From: Octopus vulgaris | Lineage: Eukaryota | DNA: 64,000 nucleotides | Direction: 5' to 3' | Assembly: GCA_951406725.2 (NCBI GenBank) | Contig: OX597831.1 | Span: 61,442,001-61,506,000 of the forward strand | In this document: positions 12,011-22,972 of the stretch, piece after piece | How positions within the stretch are numbered: the stretch's first letter is position 1 | Layout of the letters: every line of letters starts with the position of its first letter | Notes under the pieces: model-generated | What the model was told of the DNA's origin: nothing | Databases searched by the model: none | The model's input: the letters and a program-made list of their open reading frames with translations, nothing else | Program-made: the position numbers and the translations under genes

Positions 12011-12971
12011 CACACACACACAAACACGGCCCCTATAATAGCACTTATGCCAGTGACATCCATGCTGGAGACATAGAAGTCTCCCAGTGCTGGTGACACA
12101 TAAAAGAGCACACATACCAGTGACATGTAAAACACACCCAGTACATTCTGTAAAGTGGTAGGTGTTAGGAAGGGCATCCAAGTCAAACCAGAAAACTAGA
12201 GCCTGACACAGCTTACCAGCACTGCTCAGACTGCTTGACCCATGCCAGAATGGAAAAGAGATGTTAAATGATGATGATGATGATGATATATGTATGTATG
12301 TATATATATATGTATATATATATATATATATATCAATAATAATAGTGATTGTTTCTTATTAGAAACAATAGGGTTAATAGGACTGCTATAGAAGTGCTCA
12401 AGTAAATGAGATGAGTTTACAAACTTTGGTTGTAGAACAAACAACAAATTTAAGGGTCATCCACCTAACATCTCGATCATTTAATCACATATAAAAAACA
12501 AAAACATAATGATTTTTCTTATACATAGAATACGGATGCATAAAATCACAGAAGATGAAACAATAATTCATTTAGACAAGCATATAAAAAAATGTGAGTA
12601 GTCTATCGCAATTAAAAATTGAAAATTAATACTTCAGCGTCTAAAAAAAATTTTTTTTACATTATAACACCTAGAATAATAAATATATAAAAATATGAAA
12701 ATATATAAATATATAAAAATGTGTATTATAAGAAACATATAAATATATAAGTTACATATAAGAGTTCATCGATTAAGAATGTTTTCGTACTTTTTTAGAT
12801 AATGGGAAGCCTATTAAGAAAAGCCAATGTCCAAGCAAAAAAATGTATATTTACAGTCCCTATTGCCATTTCAGGGGTTCATCAGCATATTTAATGCATC
12901 TGGGTGCATTACGATAATGACTCCTTTTTCAGGGGAAAATAATAAAACATCACATACCAAGACGAGACTTC

Positions 12972-13022
<51 letters not shown>

Positions 13023-13920
13023 CATCATCATCATCATCATCGTTTAGCGTCCGTTTTCCATGCTAGCATGGGTTGGACGGTTCTACTGGGGTCTGTGAAG
13101 CCAGAAGGCTTCATCAGGCCCAGTCAAATCTGGCAGTGTTTCTACGGCTGGATGCCCTTCCTAACGCCAACCACTCCGAGAGTGTAGTGGGTGCTTTTTA
13201 CGTGCCACCCGCACAGGTGCCAGACAGGCTGGCAACGGACACGAAACGGGGCGGTGCTGGCAACGGTCGTGAAACGGAAGGTTCTCTTACATGCCACCGG
13301 CACTGGTAACACATCTGCAATTTCCATTGATCGATTTCCATTGATCGATTTGCATATCCCCCTCATCATCATTTTAACATGTTTCTCAATGCTGCTCACA
13401 TAGGTTGGACGGAATTTGTGAGATAAATTTTCAGCAATCACAAGTCCTTCCTCACATCAATGCTCACCAGATTCCCAGTAAGGTAACATTATTTATTGTC
13501 AAACACGCTTTCATGCCAGAATTTAAACAAAGGAAATGCTTGCATGTTGGTGACATTCATTTACAACCATCATAAGACATCTAAACGAGAAGAGAGCAAC
13601 ACATCCACACAAACACACACGCTCACATGTACACACACAGGCATACATATACTTGTCTACACATCTATATATAATCAGCTTCTCCCGAACCACTCTCAAG
13701 GTTTTGTTCAGCCTGGGGCTATAGGAGATGACACTTGCACAAGGTCTGAATCTCAAGCCATGTGGTTTAGAAGTAAACTACTTATGACACAGCCCTGTTG
13801 TGTATATATATATATTAGTGTATATTTATGAATGTATCTATATATGTATGTCTGTGTACATGTGTGTTTACATGCATATACACACAAAAATACACACACA
13901 CACACATATATATATATACA

Positions 13921-14240
13921 AGAACACAAATGGGGTTTAAAATTTACAACAGTTGTTTCAATAGAATTTCATTTATGTATTCATAGATATTGCATCAAAG
14001 CAGATAATTCTCCATCTTCCAGTAAAATTTTGGTTGGGTTCATAATCATCAAGGTATCATCTCACCAACTTATACCTGTTTAAAATTTTATCTAAGGATG
14101 CTGGATTGTATGCTATCATGTAATCTCTGAATACACCAATAAAATTTTACCAAAACAGCAGTCATAAATTTTAAACCCCATTTGTGTTTTTTTCTTATAC
14201 CCATGCCACACCGAGAACTAATCTTCAGTCAGATCTACTG
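13921..14240. mobile_element. Old foldback element with degenerate hammerhead motifs in both arms
   Basis: Arms ~13921-14031 and ~14081-14190. Right arm reads aaaattttat-CTAAGGA...AAAAC-agca-GTC-ataaatttt; left arm (minus strand) reads CTGGAAGA...GAAAC-aact-GTT. Confidence 0.6.
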
Positions 14241-14245
14241 ATTAA

Positions 14246-14466
14246 CCCTTTTGTTACCAACCCGGCTGAAACCGGCTCTGGCTCTGAAGTACAAATGTCT
14301 TGTTTTCATAAGTTTTGAATTAGACTTTTCCACCAAACCTTAGTCACAATTTATGTTCCTAACAATAGCTTAATGATAACTAAGTTATTTTACTAAATTC
14401 TTTGTTATATTCAAAATAATTGAAAGAAACACAGAGCATCTCAAAATATATACAGTAACGAAAGGG
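14246..14466. mobile_element. piggyBac-type MITE
   Basis: TTAA on both sides; TIRs CCCTTTTGTTAC / GTAACGAAAGGG; second copy at 54802-55022. Confidence 0.88.
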
Positions 14467-14689
14467 TTAAATTGGATTTGATACTCACATATCTACAATA
14501 TCCTACCAATGACTGACACCTTAATGGTTGTTTTACCTCACTTTGAAGCCTGTTACTGCACCTAGCCATTTCTGGTATCCTATGTGTTGATGTGCCTAGA
14601 TTCTTTTAAATTCTATAACTACATATCTATCTAGCTAGCTAGCTATCTAATATAGGTGCACTATATAAAGATGAGTACTACTAGCTTTT

Positions 14690-15600
14690 TGCTATGATGA
14701 CACATGGCCAGACAGGTTTTTATGATATGCGTTGTGTCACCAAGCAGTCTTCAGACTCTGAGCACATGGTCTGTTCTATTTCAAAATCAAGATGCTGTTA
14801 CACAAGAAACCATGTGAAAAAAGGTTGATACAAAATGTGGAAGGGTGAATAAAAACACAAAAAAGCAAAGATATGAAAGAAAATTAGAATTGCATCCCCT
14901 TTGACTGTAGAAGTCATAATTAAACTAGTTGAAGAATAACTATAGAGAGGAGTCCAAAATCTGCTGGAGAGCTGCTCAATCTAGAGAGGGTAGTGTTCTG
15001 CAATTCACCAAATGAAATTTATTCATATGCATACATTCGCTGAAAATTTCAGATCTGGTATTAAGTAGTGAAGTAGAATTCTTAGATAAAAAAAAATGTG
15101 CGTTTTTTCTGCAACACATAAATTGCATTTCTTAAATCCATTTATATATGGCATGGATTTCCCCTCAATTCTCCACTTGATTGTATGCAGTGTACAGTTG
15201 GTTTCCAAACAGCATACATGGCTAGCCAACTTAGTGGCTTTACTTTTGTCAATGTGCCAGAAAGGAGAGTGGAAATTTGCATAACATTTATTGAAATTGC
15301 CTTCATATAAACCAAATACAATGGACATAATGCAATTACAGAAAAATTACACTCATTGAATTAAGTCATTTTCTTTTTTTTTTTCCAACAATGGGAGACA
15401 ACTCTAGTTACAGTTTGGGATCATTTTGACTTTATTAGCAAAGCTTAATTTCTCCCTACTTGCTTGAGTAGTGATGGATGAATAAAAGTTGCACATTTGT
15501 TAGCACAGAAAAATAAAATTTGTTAAGAATCTGAATATCTAGAAAGTTCCAACTGCATGAAAAAAATTATAGGTACATTAATGTTAACATATTTAATTGA
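14690..15600 (-). pseudogene. Penelope-like retroelement remnant (GIY-YIG endonuclease C-terminal half and 3' UTR)
   Basis: GLYEGNFNKCYANFHSPF...ATKLASHV...TIKWRI...PYINGFKKCNLCVAEK, then frameshifted LLNTRSEIFSECMHMNKF. This is the typical PLE end (CNLCL.EK...LLNKRSE..SKCRH). Confidence 0.85.
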
Positions 15601-15654
15601 AGGTTCATTAAATAACCAACTAAATTGCTTTGGTCGAAAACACTTTTAGTCTAA

Positions 15655-15789
15655 CTGCTACTACTACTATTATCACCAGTACCACTACTACTACTATCAC
15701 CACCACTAATATTGCTACTACTAACTACCACCACCACCACCTCTAATACAATTATTTCTACTATCATCACCATTACCACTACTTCTTCT

Positions 15790-15866
<77 letters not shown>

Positions 15867-16870
15867 CTATTTCTTTACTACCCACAAGGGGCTAAACATA
15901 GAAGGGACAAACAAGGACAGACATAGATATTCAGTCGATTACATCGACCCCAGTGCGTAACTGGTACTTAATTTATCGACCCTGAAAGGATGAAAGGCAA
16001 AGTCAACCTCAGCGGAATTTGAACTCAGAATGTAAAGACAGACAAAATATCGCTAAGCATTTTGCCCGGCATGCTAACAATACCACCACCACTACTGCAA
16101 CCATTGCTGCTGCCACCACTACTACTACTAGTACTGTTGTTACCACCACTATTACTACTACTGCTACGGATAGCACCACAAGTACAACTACCAGAGCCAT
16201 CTCCATCACCATCACAACCACCATCATAAAAAACAAAACAACCAACAGCACAAATACCATCACAATCAATGACAACCACCATAACTGCAAGCGCCACCAG
16301 CACCACCAGAGCCAGTACTACTACTACTACTACGCCACCCCTAACAACACCAATACCTCTACCTACCACCACTTCTTCGAACACTACCAAGTAGTATTGA
16401 CTCTGCTTTGTATTTACAAAAAGGATTTTAATATCAAAGTTTCATTAGAGCAAAGTGTAATTAGTCCAAAGGGTTTTAGACTAAATTGATCTTTCTTAAC
16501 TACTTTATTCTAAAGCACTTTGATCTAAAAATATTTTAGACTTTTAACACTTTGGTCTAAAAACCGCCGCTGTTATTACTACAACTACTGCTTCTACTAC
16601 TACTACTACTACTACTACTATTACTAATAATAATGATAATAATAATACTGACACGAACCCTACTACTGTTACCTCTACTATCACCACTACCATCACTACA
16701 TCATCATAATCACTACTACTATAACCTACCTGACTGTAGTTGCTATAGTTACTACCATCATTTTCATTACCGTTGCAATCAACATCACCATGTTTATTGC
16801 CACTGGTATCGCAATTACCATCTCTCCCACCATCATTACCATCCTCACCACCATCACCATCGTCACTGCC
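15655..16870. repeat. Degenerate (ACT)/(ACC)/(AAT)/(CAT) trinucleotide field containing a SINE B copy
   Basis: Direct inspection. Confidence 0.9.
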
Positions 16871-17048
16871 AATATTTTGTATTGCCTTGATGTCCAGGAG
16901 TTTGAGTCCATAGTGATGTGTTCCAAGTTAATATACAGTGAGGAACAAAAGATGTGACAGTAATTAACGCTAGTTTCATTTTCCCAGCAAGTACAAGAGA
17001 CTCCACCATGTTTTAAAGGTCAGTCTCACTGCACACCTCTGGGTAAAT

Positions 17049-17612
17049 CATCATCGTCATCATTGTTCGACCGTGGTCGAGACAATGGAATTTACTATGT
17101 TACACCAGATTTCACACTCCATCATAGCATTATGGAGGTGCTGTTGCTGGATGCCTGTATCCCTGGAGATTACATCAGGGTAGGAGAGTGTGCACCCTCT
17201 GGTATTGCGAGTAGATGACTTCCAGAGGAGAAGAGTAGAAATTACCTCGTTTTCAGCTCTACAACAATGTCCAGCAAACTGGACTCTCCTACCTTTCACA
17301 AGAGATGACACAGGTGGTAGTTTCCCATATATTTGTATTTTGGTTGGATGGCACTTCCACAAGAGATTTTGAGCTCTCATAAGGAGGCGAGTATAGGTTC
17401 CATCCAACCGTCTCTCAAGCTTCTTTGATAACATCCTGAAGTCTCTACTTAGGTTTGATGACCAGATCTTAAAAATGGTTTCTGATTACAAATATCTGGG
17501 GTCACACATATCATCATCTGGAAAAGATTTTCTAACTAGAAAGGGTATGGCCTGGTCAGCCTGTAATGATATGCATAAGATCTGGTCATCAAATCTAAGT
17601 AGAGACTTCAAA
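17049..17612 (-). mobile_element. 5'-truncated, 5'-inverted RTE-clade LINE
   Basis: Minus strand 17470-17058 encodes LERRLDGTYTRLLMRAQN...RRVQFAGHCCR with a (GAT)n tail. Plus strand 17471-17612 encodes the upstream part KMVSDYKYLGSHISS. TSD CTGGGTAAAT / CTGGGTTAAT. Confidence 0.88.
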
Positions 17613-17876
17613 CTGGGTTAATATATGCCTTGTAAATGAATTTGGTAGTCGAAAACTGTGTAGAAACCTGCCATATATATGTGTGTGGGTGTATGACTGT
17701 GTACGTGGGAATGCATGTGTGTGTGAGATTTTTTTTGGTATCATTTGACTATGGGTTTTGGCTTATTTGAGTCCCTGTAACTTAGCAGTTTTGGGGGCAA
17801 AAGATACCAACAGAGTATCTACCAGGATTTGTACATTTGGGTGTATATATGCATGCATTTATATATGTATATATAT

Positions 17877-18227
17877 CACTTAGGCATTGTGAGACCTAGT
17901 GTAGAACTCAATATACATATGATTCAGAAGGAAGTGTTAGAGGAGTACAGAGTGGTAATAAGAAAAAGAAATGACAAAGAGAAAAGATGGCTATTTTATG
18001 AATTTCAATAGCTTACAGCTGTTTCTGCAAAAGGATGCAGTGGACTCATAGTTGAGTGACTGAATAACATCCTATGTCTTTATTGGAGACTGATGTTCAA
18101 GGCTCTGATGAAGCTATTAGGTGTTATTCAGGCACTCAACTATGAGTCAATTGCAAACTTATAACAGAAACAGCTGTAAGAAATGCATGACATAACCATC
18201 TTTTACTCTATCATCTCTTCTTCTTAT
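17877..18227. mobile_element. Foldback element with hammerhead-like motif between TA-rich tracts
   Basis: Imperfect arms within 17958-18227; CTGATGA at 18105-18111 and GAAAC-agct-GTA at 18167-18178; ~80-bp extension on the left. Confidence 0.65.
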
Positions 18228-18839
18228 ATATATACCATCATCATGATCATCATTTAATGTCCATTGTTCATGTTGACATGGTCTGGATGGTTTGATTAAA
18301 GGCAGTACTCCAGCATGGCCACAGTCACATGACCGAAACAAGTAAAAGAGTAAGAGTAAAAAGTATATATACTAAGGCTAATTGGTTCAACTGAATCACT
18401 CAAGTTGGTGCTTCACCATGGATGCAGTCTAAAGACTAAAACAAATAAAAATAAATCTAAGAATATGTTTACCTGAGCCATTCTCCAAACTGTGGCTCAC
18501 ATCACTTATGCTGATGAACAAGCAACTTTTTGCTGCTGCCATTACCTTGCCAATGGTGTATTTTTGCTGAAGGGAACACAGCAGAAAAATGAATATTAAA
18601 AGAAAAGTCACAGTGTTTCATTTTCTATCTGATATTTGAGCGGGTCTGGAAAAATTCTGGTGGTATTTATAGCATGGCAATCACAAGTCTATTTGTTTAT
18701 GAAGAATTCTTTATTTTCAATTTCCTTTCCACAGCTACAGGCATCTGTGGTATTGTTGTTTTTGCCATCTACAGTAAAATTGAAACGTTCTGATTCTGTA
18801 TATTCAATATATAGTTCTTATCAGAACTAATTGTTGTTG

Positions 18840-19150
18840 GTTGGGAAGTACATCATGTTATTTTTGAAAACTGTGCAAGAGAAAAAGAAGAAAAAAAAAT
18901 ATTAAATTAGCTATTATAAGTAAAGTTGCCAAAAATATTTGTATAAATTGCAAAACTAATTTTTTTTATCTGATTAGTCGATATAAATTTTCTTCGCAAC
19001 CAAATATAAGCACCAATAAAATAAGTTTTAGAAGGAAACGTAGAGCCACAAAATATTTTGAGATTAACAAATATTTTTCTCACCAGAGTTATCGTGTTAT
19101 TAGGGCACAAATACTCTCTTAATTATTGTAGTATATACCATGATTGAACC
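18840..19150. repeat. ~300-bp segment repeated in inverted orientation at ~22110-22990
   Basis: For example caaaatattttgagattaacaaat...ctcaccagagttat matches the reverse complement of ataactctggtgag...ttgttaatctcaaaatattttg. The second copy is interrupted by the mariner element. Confidence 0.85.
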
Positions 19151-19173
19151 ATTCTTGGTTGAGAATCTTGTTT

Positions 19174-19570
19174 GAGTGGCTGTGTGGTAAGTAGCTTGCT
19201 AACCAACCACATGGTTCCGGGTTCAGTCCCACTGCGTTGCATCTTGGGCAACTGTCTTCTGCTATAGCCCGGGCTGACCAATGCCTTGTGAGTGGATTTG
19301 GTAGACGGAAACTGAAAGAAGCCTGTCGTATGTATATATATATATATGTGTGTATGTGTGTGTGTTTGTGTGTCTGTGCTTGTCCCCCTAGCATTGCTTG
19401 ACAACCGATGCTAGTGTGTTTACGTCCCCGTCACTTAGCAGTTCGGCAAAAGAGACTGATAGAATAAGTACTGGGCTTACAAAGGAATAAGTCCCGGGGT
19501 CGATTTACTCGACTAAAGGCGGTGCTCCAGCATGGCCGCAGTCAAATGACTGAAACAAGTAAAAGAGTAA
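19174..19570 (+). mobile_element. SINE family A
   Basis: Near full-length unit. Further copies at 20385-20785(+), 20880-21197(-), 21650-22072(-), 23615-24018(-), 33155-33540(-), 54415-54789(-), 56860-57243(+), 57600-57905(-) and 59820-60195(-). Confidence 0.92.
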
Positions 19571-21197
19571 AATTCATTGATCTCTCTATCAATAGCCAGC
19601 TTCTTTGGGGATTGTACTCAAGGTGGTATAGTTCCCTTATCTCCCACCATAAGATAACATGAATTTCTCTCTCTCTCTCTCTCTCGATCTTTATGTAAAT
19701 ATGTTACCCTTGTTGTTTAGCCCCAGATCAGCTCTATGCAGATCTATAATCAAATATGTACCATCTACAGCCATCTCAACTTAATTTTCTTCTTCCTTGA
19801 TTTTCTTGTTACTCTTCTCTTTCTTTTCTTTCTCCCCCTCCATAGCAGACTTAATTGTTGCCTGACTAAACACCACCCCTCTGGTCCTTAAGTCCATTCA
19901 AAAGTTTATTTTGTTGCAAGCATTCAAGCTAACTTTCTGACTCAAGAATAACTCCACTCCTTCATTTTAAGGCAGCGAGCTGGCAGAATCGTTAGCATGC
20001 CGGGCGAAATGTGTAGCCGTATTTTGTCTGCCGTTACATTCTAAGTTCAAATTCCGCCGAGGTCGACTTTGCTTTTCATCCTTTCAGGGCCGATAAATTA
20101 AGTACCAGTTACACACTGGGGTTGATGTAATTGACTTAATCCCTTTGTCTGTCCTTGTTTGTCCCCTCTATGTTTAGACCCTTGAGGGCAATAAAGAAAT
20201 AAGAAACGTTATCATGCCAGGCAAAATACTAAGCGTATTTCATCTGTCTTTACATTCTGAGCTCAAATTTCGCTGAGGTCGACTTTGCCTTTCATCCTTT
20301 CGAGGAATTTTGTAGCATTTACAAACTTTCATTTAGTACGTGAAATAAGACACTAAATATATAAAATTATGAAAGTCTCTTCCATGGCTTTGTAGCAAGA
20401 TGCTTGCTTTCTTACCACATGGTTCTATGTTCGGTCCCACTGCATAGCACCTTGGACAAATGTCTTCGACTATAGCCTTGGATCAACGAAACACTTCTGA
20501 GTAGATTTTGTGAGCAGAAACTGAAAGATAGCTGTCACATGTACGTCTGTGCGTGTGCGCGCGCGCACGCACAAGATTTTGTTTTTACCACTGTCTAACA
20601 ACTGATATTGGTTTGTTTACATCCCTATAATTTAGTGGCTCAGCAAATAACACTGATAGAATAAGTACCAGGCTTTAAAAAATAAGTCCTGAGATAAATT
20701 CATTTAACAAAAAACATTCTTCAAGGCAGTGCCCCAGCATGGCCACAGTCTTATGACTGAAATAAGTAAAAGATAAAAAGATAAAAACAAATCATTTTAA
20801 CTGAAATAAAGTTGTTTGTCAGGATTTTAAGAATACTCAAACGATTATTCTGAAAAGACAATTCTTGCAAAAGTTCTTATTTTAGTATCTCTTATCCTTT
20901 TAATTATATATTTCAGTCACTGGACTGTGGCCATGCCATTGCACTGCTTTAAAGGGTTATAGCTAAACAAATTAACCATAGTTCTTATTTTTCAGTTTAT
21001 AGGTCTTTTCTGCTAAACCACTAAAGTACAGGGACATAAACAAACCAACGCCGGTTGTCAAGTGGTGGTGGTGGTGGGGAACAAACACAAACAGACACAC
21101 TCACACAAACATATTAATATATGACAGGTTTCTTTTAGTTTCTGTCTACCAAATCCACTCACAAGGGTTTGGTTGGCTTGGGGCTATAGCAAAAGAC

Positions 21198-21380
21198 ATC
21201 ATCATAATCATTGTTCGACCGTAGTCGAGACAATGGAATTTACTATGCTATGCCAGACTTCACGGTCCATCATAGTATTACAGAGGTCCTGTTGCTGGAT
21301 GCCTGTATCCCTGGAGATTACATCAGGGTAGGAGAGTGTGCGCCCTCTTGTATCACGAGTAGATGGCTTCCAGAGAAGAA
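21198..21380 (-). mobile_element. Short 3' fragment of the 17-kb/40-kb RTE family inserted in a SINE
   Basis: Same 3' end as 17049-17230; flanked by duplicated agcaaaagacat. Confidence 0.85.
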
Positions 21381-22407
21381 AAGAGGAAAAAAAAAAAAAG
21401 CAAAAGACATTTGCATGGGGCTAGAGTAAAAACACACATAGAACTGATCTGGGGCTAAGCAACAAAGGTAACATATTGAGAGAGAGAGACAGACATACAG
21501 ACAGAGAAAGAGAGATTCATGTTTAAAGCAAGGGTTTAGGAAAATATGGCACTCGTTGGAGCATTTAATCTTCAAGTTAAGGTTACTTCCTTGGTTTCTG
21601 AAATCATTGTGATGAGAATTGATGTTTAGAATGGATTCAAGCTTTTATATTCTTTTTATTTTTCTTTTATTCTTTTTTTCTTTTACTTATCTAAGTCATT
21701 TGACTGCGGCCATGCTGGAGCACCACCTTTAGTCGAGCAAATCAACCCCATGACTTATTCTTTGTAAGCTCAGTACTTATTCTATCGGTCTCTTTGGCCG
21801 AACTGCTAAGTGACGAGGACGTAATCACACCAGCATCGGTTGTCAAGCAATACTAGGGGGACAAACATATACATACACATACACACATATATATATATAT
21901 ACATATATACGACAGGCTTCTTTCAGTTTCTGTCTACCAAATCCACTCACAAGGCATTGGTCGGCCCGAGGCTATAGCAGAAGACACTTGCCCAAAATGC
22001 TATGCAGTGGGATTGAACCCGGAACCATGTGGTTGGTAAACAAGCTACTTACCACGCAGCCACTCCTGCGTCTGTACACAAAACTAATAACTATATGTAC
22101 ATAACTAATAATGGTCTAATCTTGATATATATACTACAATAACTAAGAGACTATCTGCACCCTAATAACACAATAACTCTGGTGAGAAAAGTATTTGTTA
22201 ATCTCAAAATATTTTGTGATACTACATTCCTTTCTAAAATTTATTTTATTGGTGCTTATATTTGGTGGCAATGAAAATTTATGAGAATGACTAATCAGAT
22301 AAAAACAAAATCAGTTTTGCAATTTATACAAATATTTTTGGCATCTTTACTTACAATAACTAATTTAATTTTTTCTTTTTTCTCCTGCATATTTTTCAAA
22401 AATAATA

Positions 22408-22972
22408 TTGGGTTGTCCAGAAAGTTCGTGCCGATTTTTAAAGGAAAGAAAAAGGTCAATAAATACTTGCCATTATATTTTTAATCAACCAAATATGAAC
22501 CATTTTGTTGCACAATGCATCTCCATCTTTTCTTTAACTTGAAAATACTCTCTTCCCAGAATTGAGGTGGTTTCATGGCAAAGAATTCATCAAGGTATCT
22601 TTTTACGTCATCCAAGGAATTGAAACTTTACCATTAAGACTATTCTGCAGAGATCTGAATAAGTGGAAACCTGAAGGAGCAATATCTGGTGAATATGGAG
22701 GGTGGGGTACCACATCCCAGCCGAGCTGCAGCAATTTTTGTCTGGTTCACAAAGCATCAAGTGCTAAAAATGAACTTTCTTATCTTCCATTTTAAAGGAT
22801 TACAGAATTAACACAGGTCAAAGGAAAATAAACCATCTTCCACGAAAACATAGCTTAAACAGTGCTCTAAATAGAGGTGTAGTAAAACCCTATTTTATGG
22901 ACTCAACCATTTTCTAAGATAAGTCAAAATGTAAGCTACTATAAATTGGCACAAACTTTCCGGACAACCCAG
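22408..22972 (-). mobile_element. Second copy of the same internally deleted mariner family
   Basis: Same TIRs (TTGGGTTGTCCAGAAAGTTCGTGCCG ... GGCACAAACTTTCCGGACAACCCAG), TA flanks, and the same internal deletion junction as 682-1191. Confidence 0.92.

Noticed and set aside
12335-12975. Another PLE fragment between microsatellites (CTGATGA on the minus strand near 12885)
   Set aside because: No downstream GAAAC with paired stems, no foldback and no clear protein motif.
18473-18566. Possible 94-bp minus-strand exon (cccttcag acceptor, gtaaac donor, open frame QKYTIGKVMAAAKSCLF)
   Set aside because: Splice signals are plausible, but the peptide is unrecognised and no partner exons were found; RNA-seq is needed.
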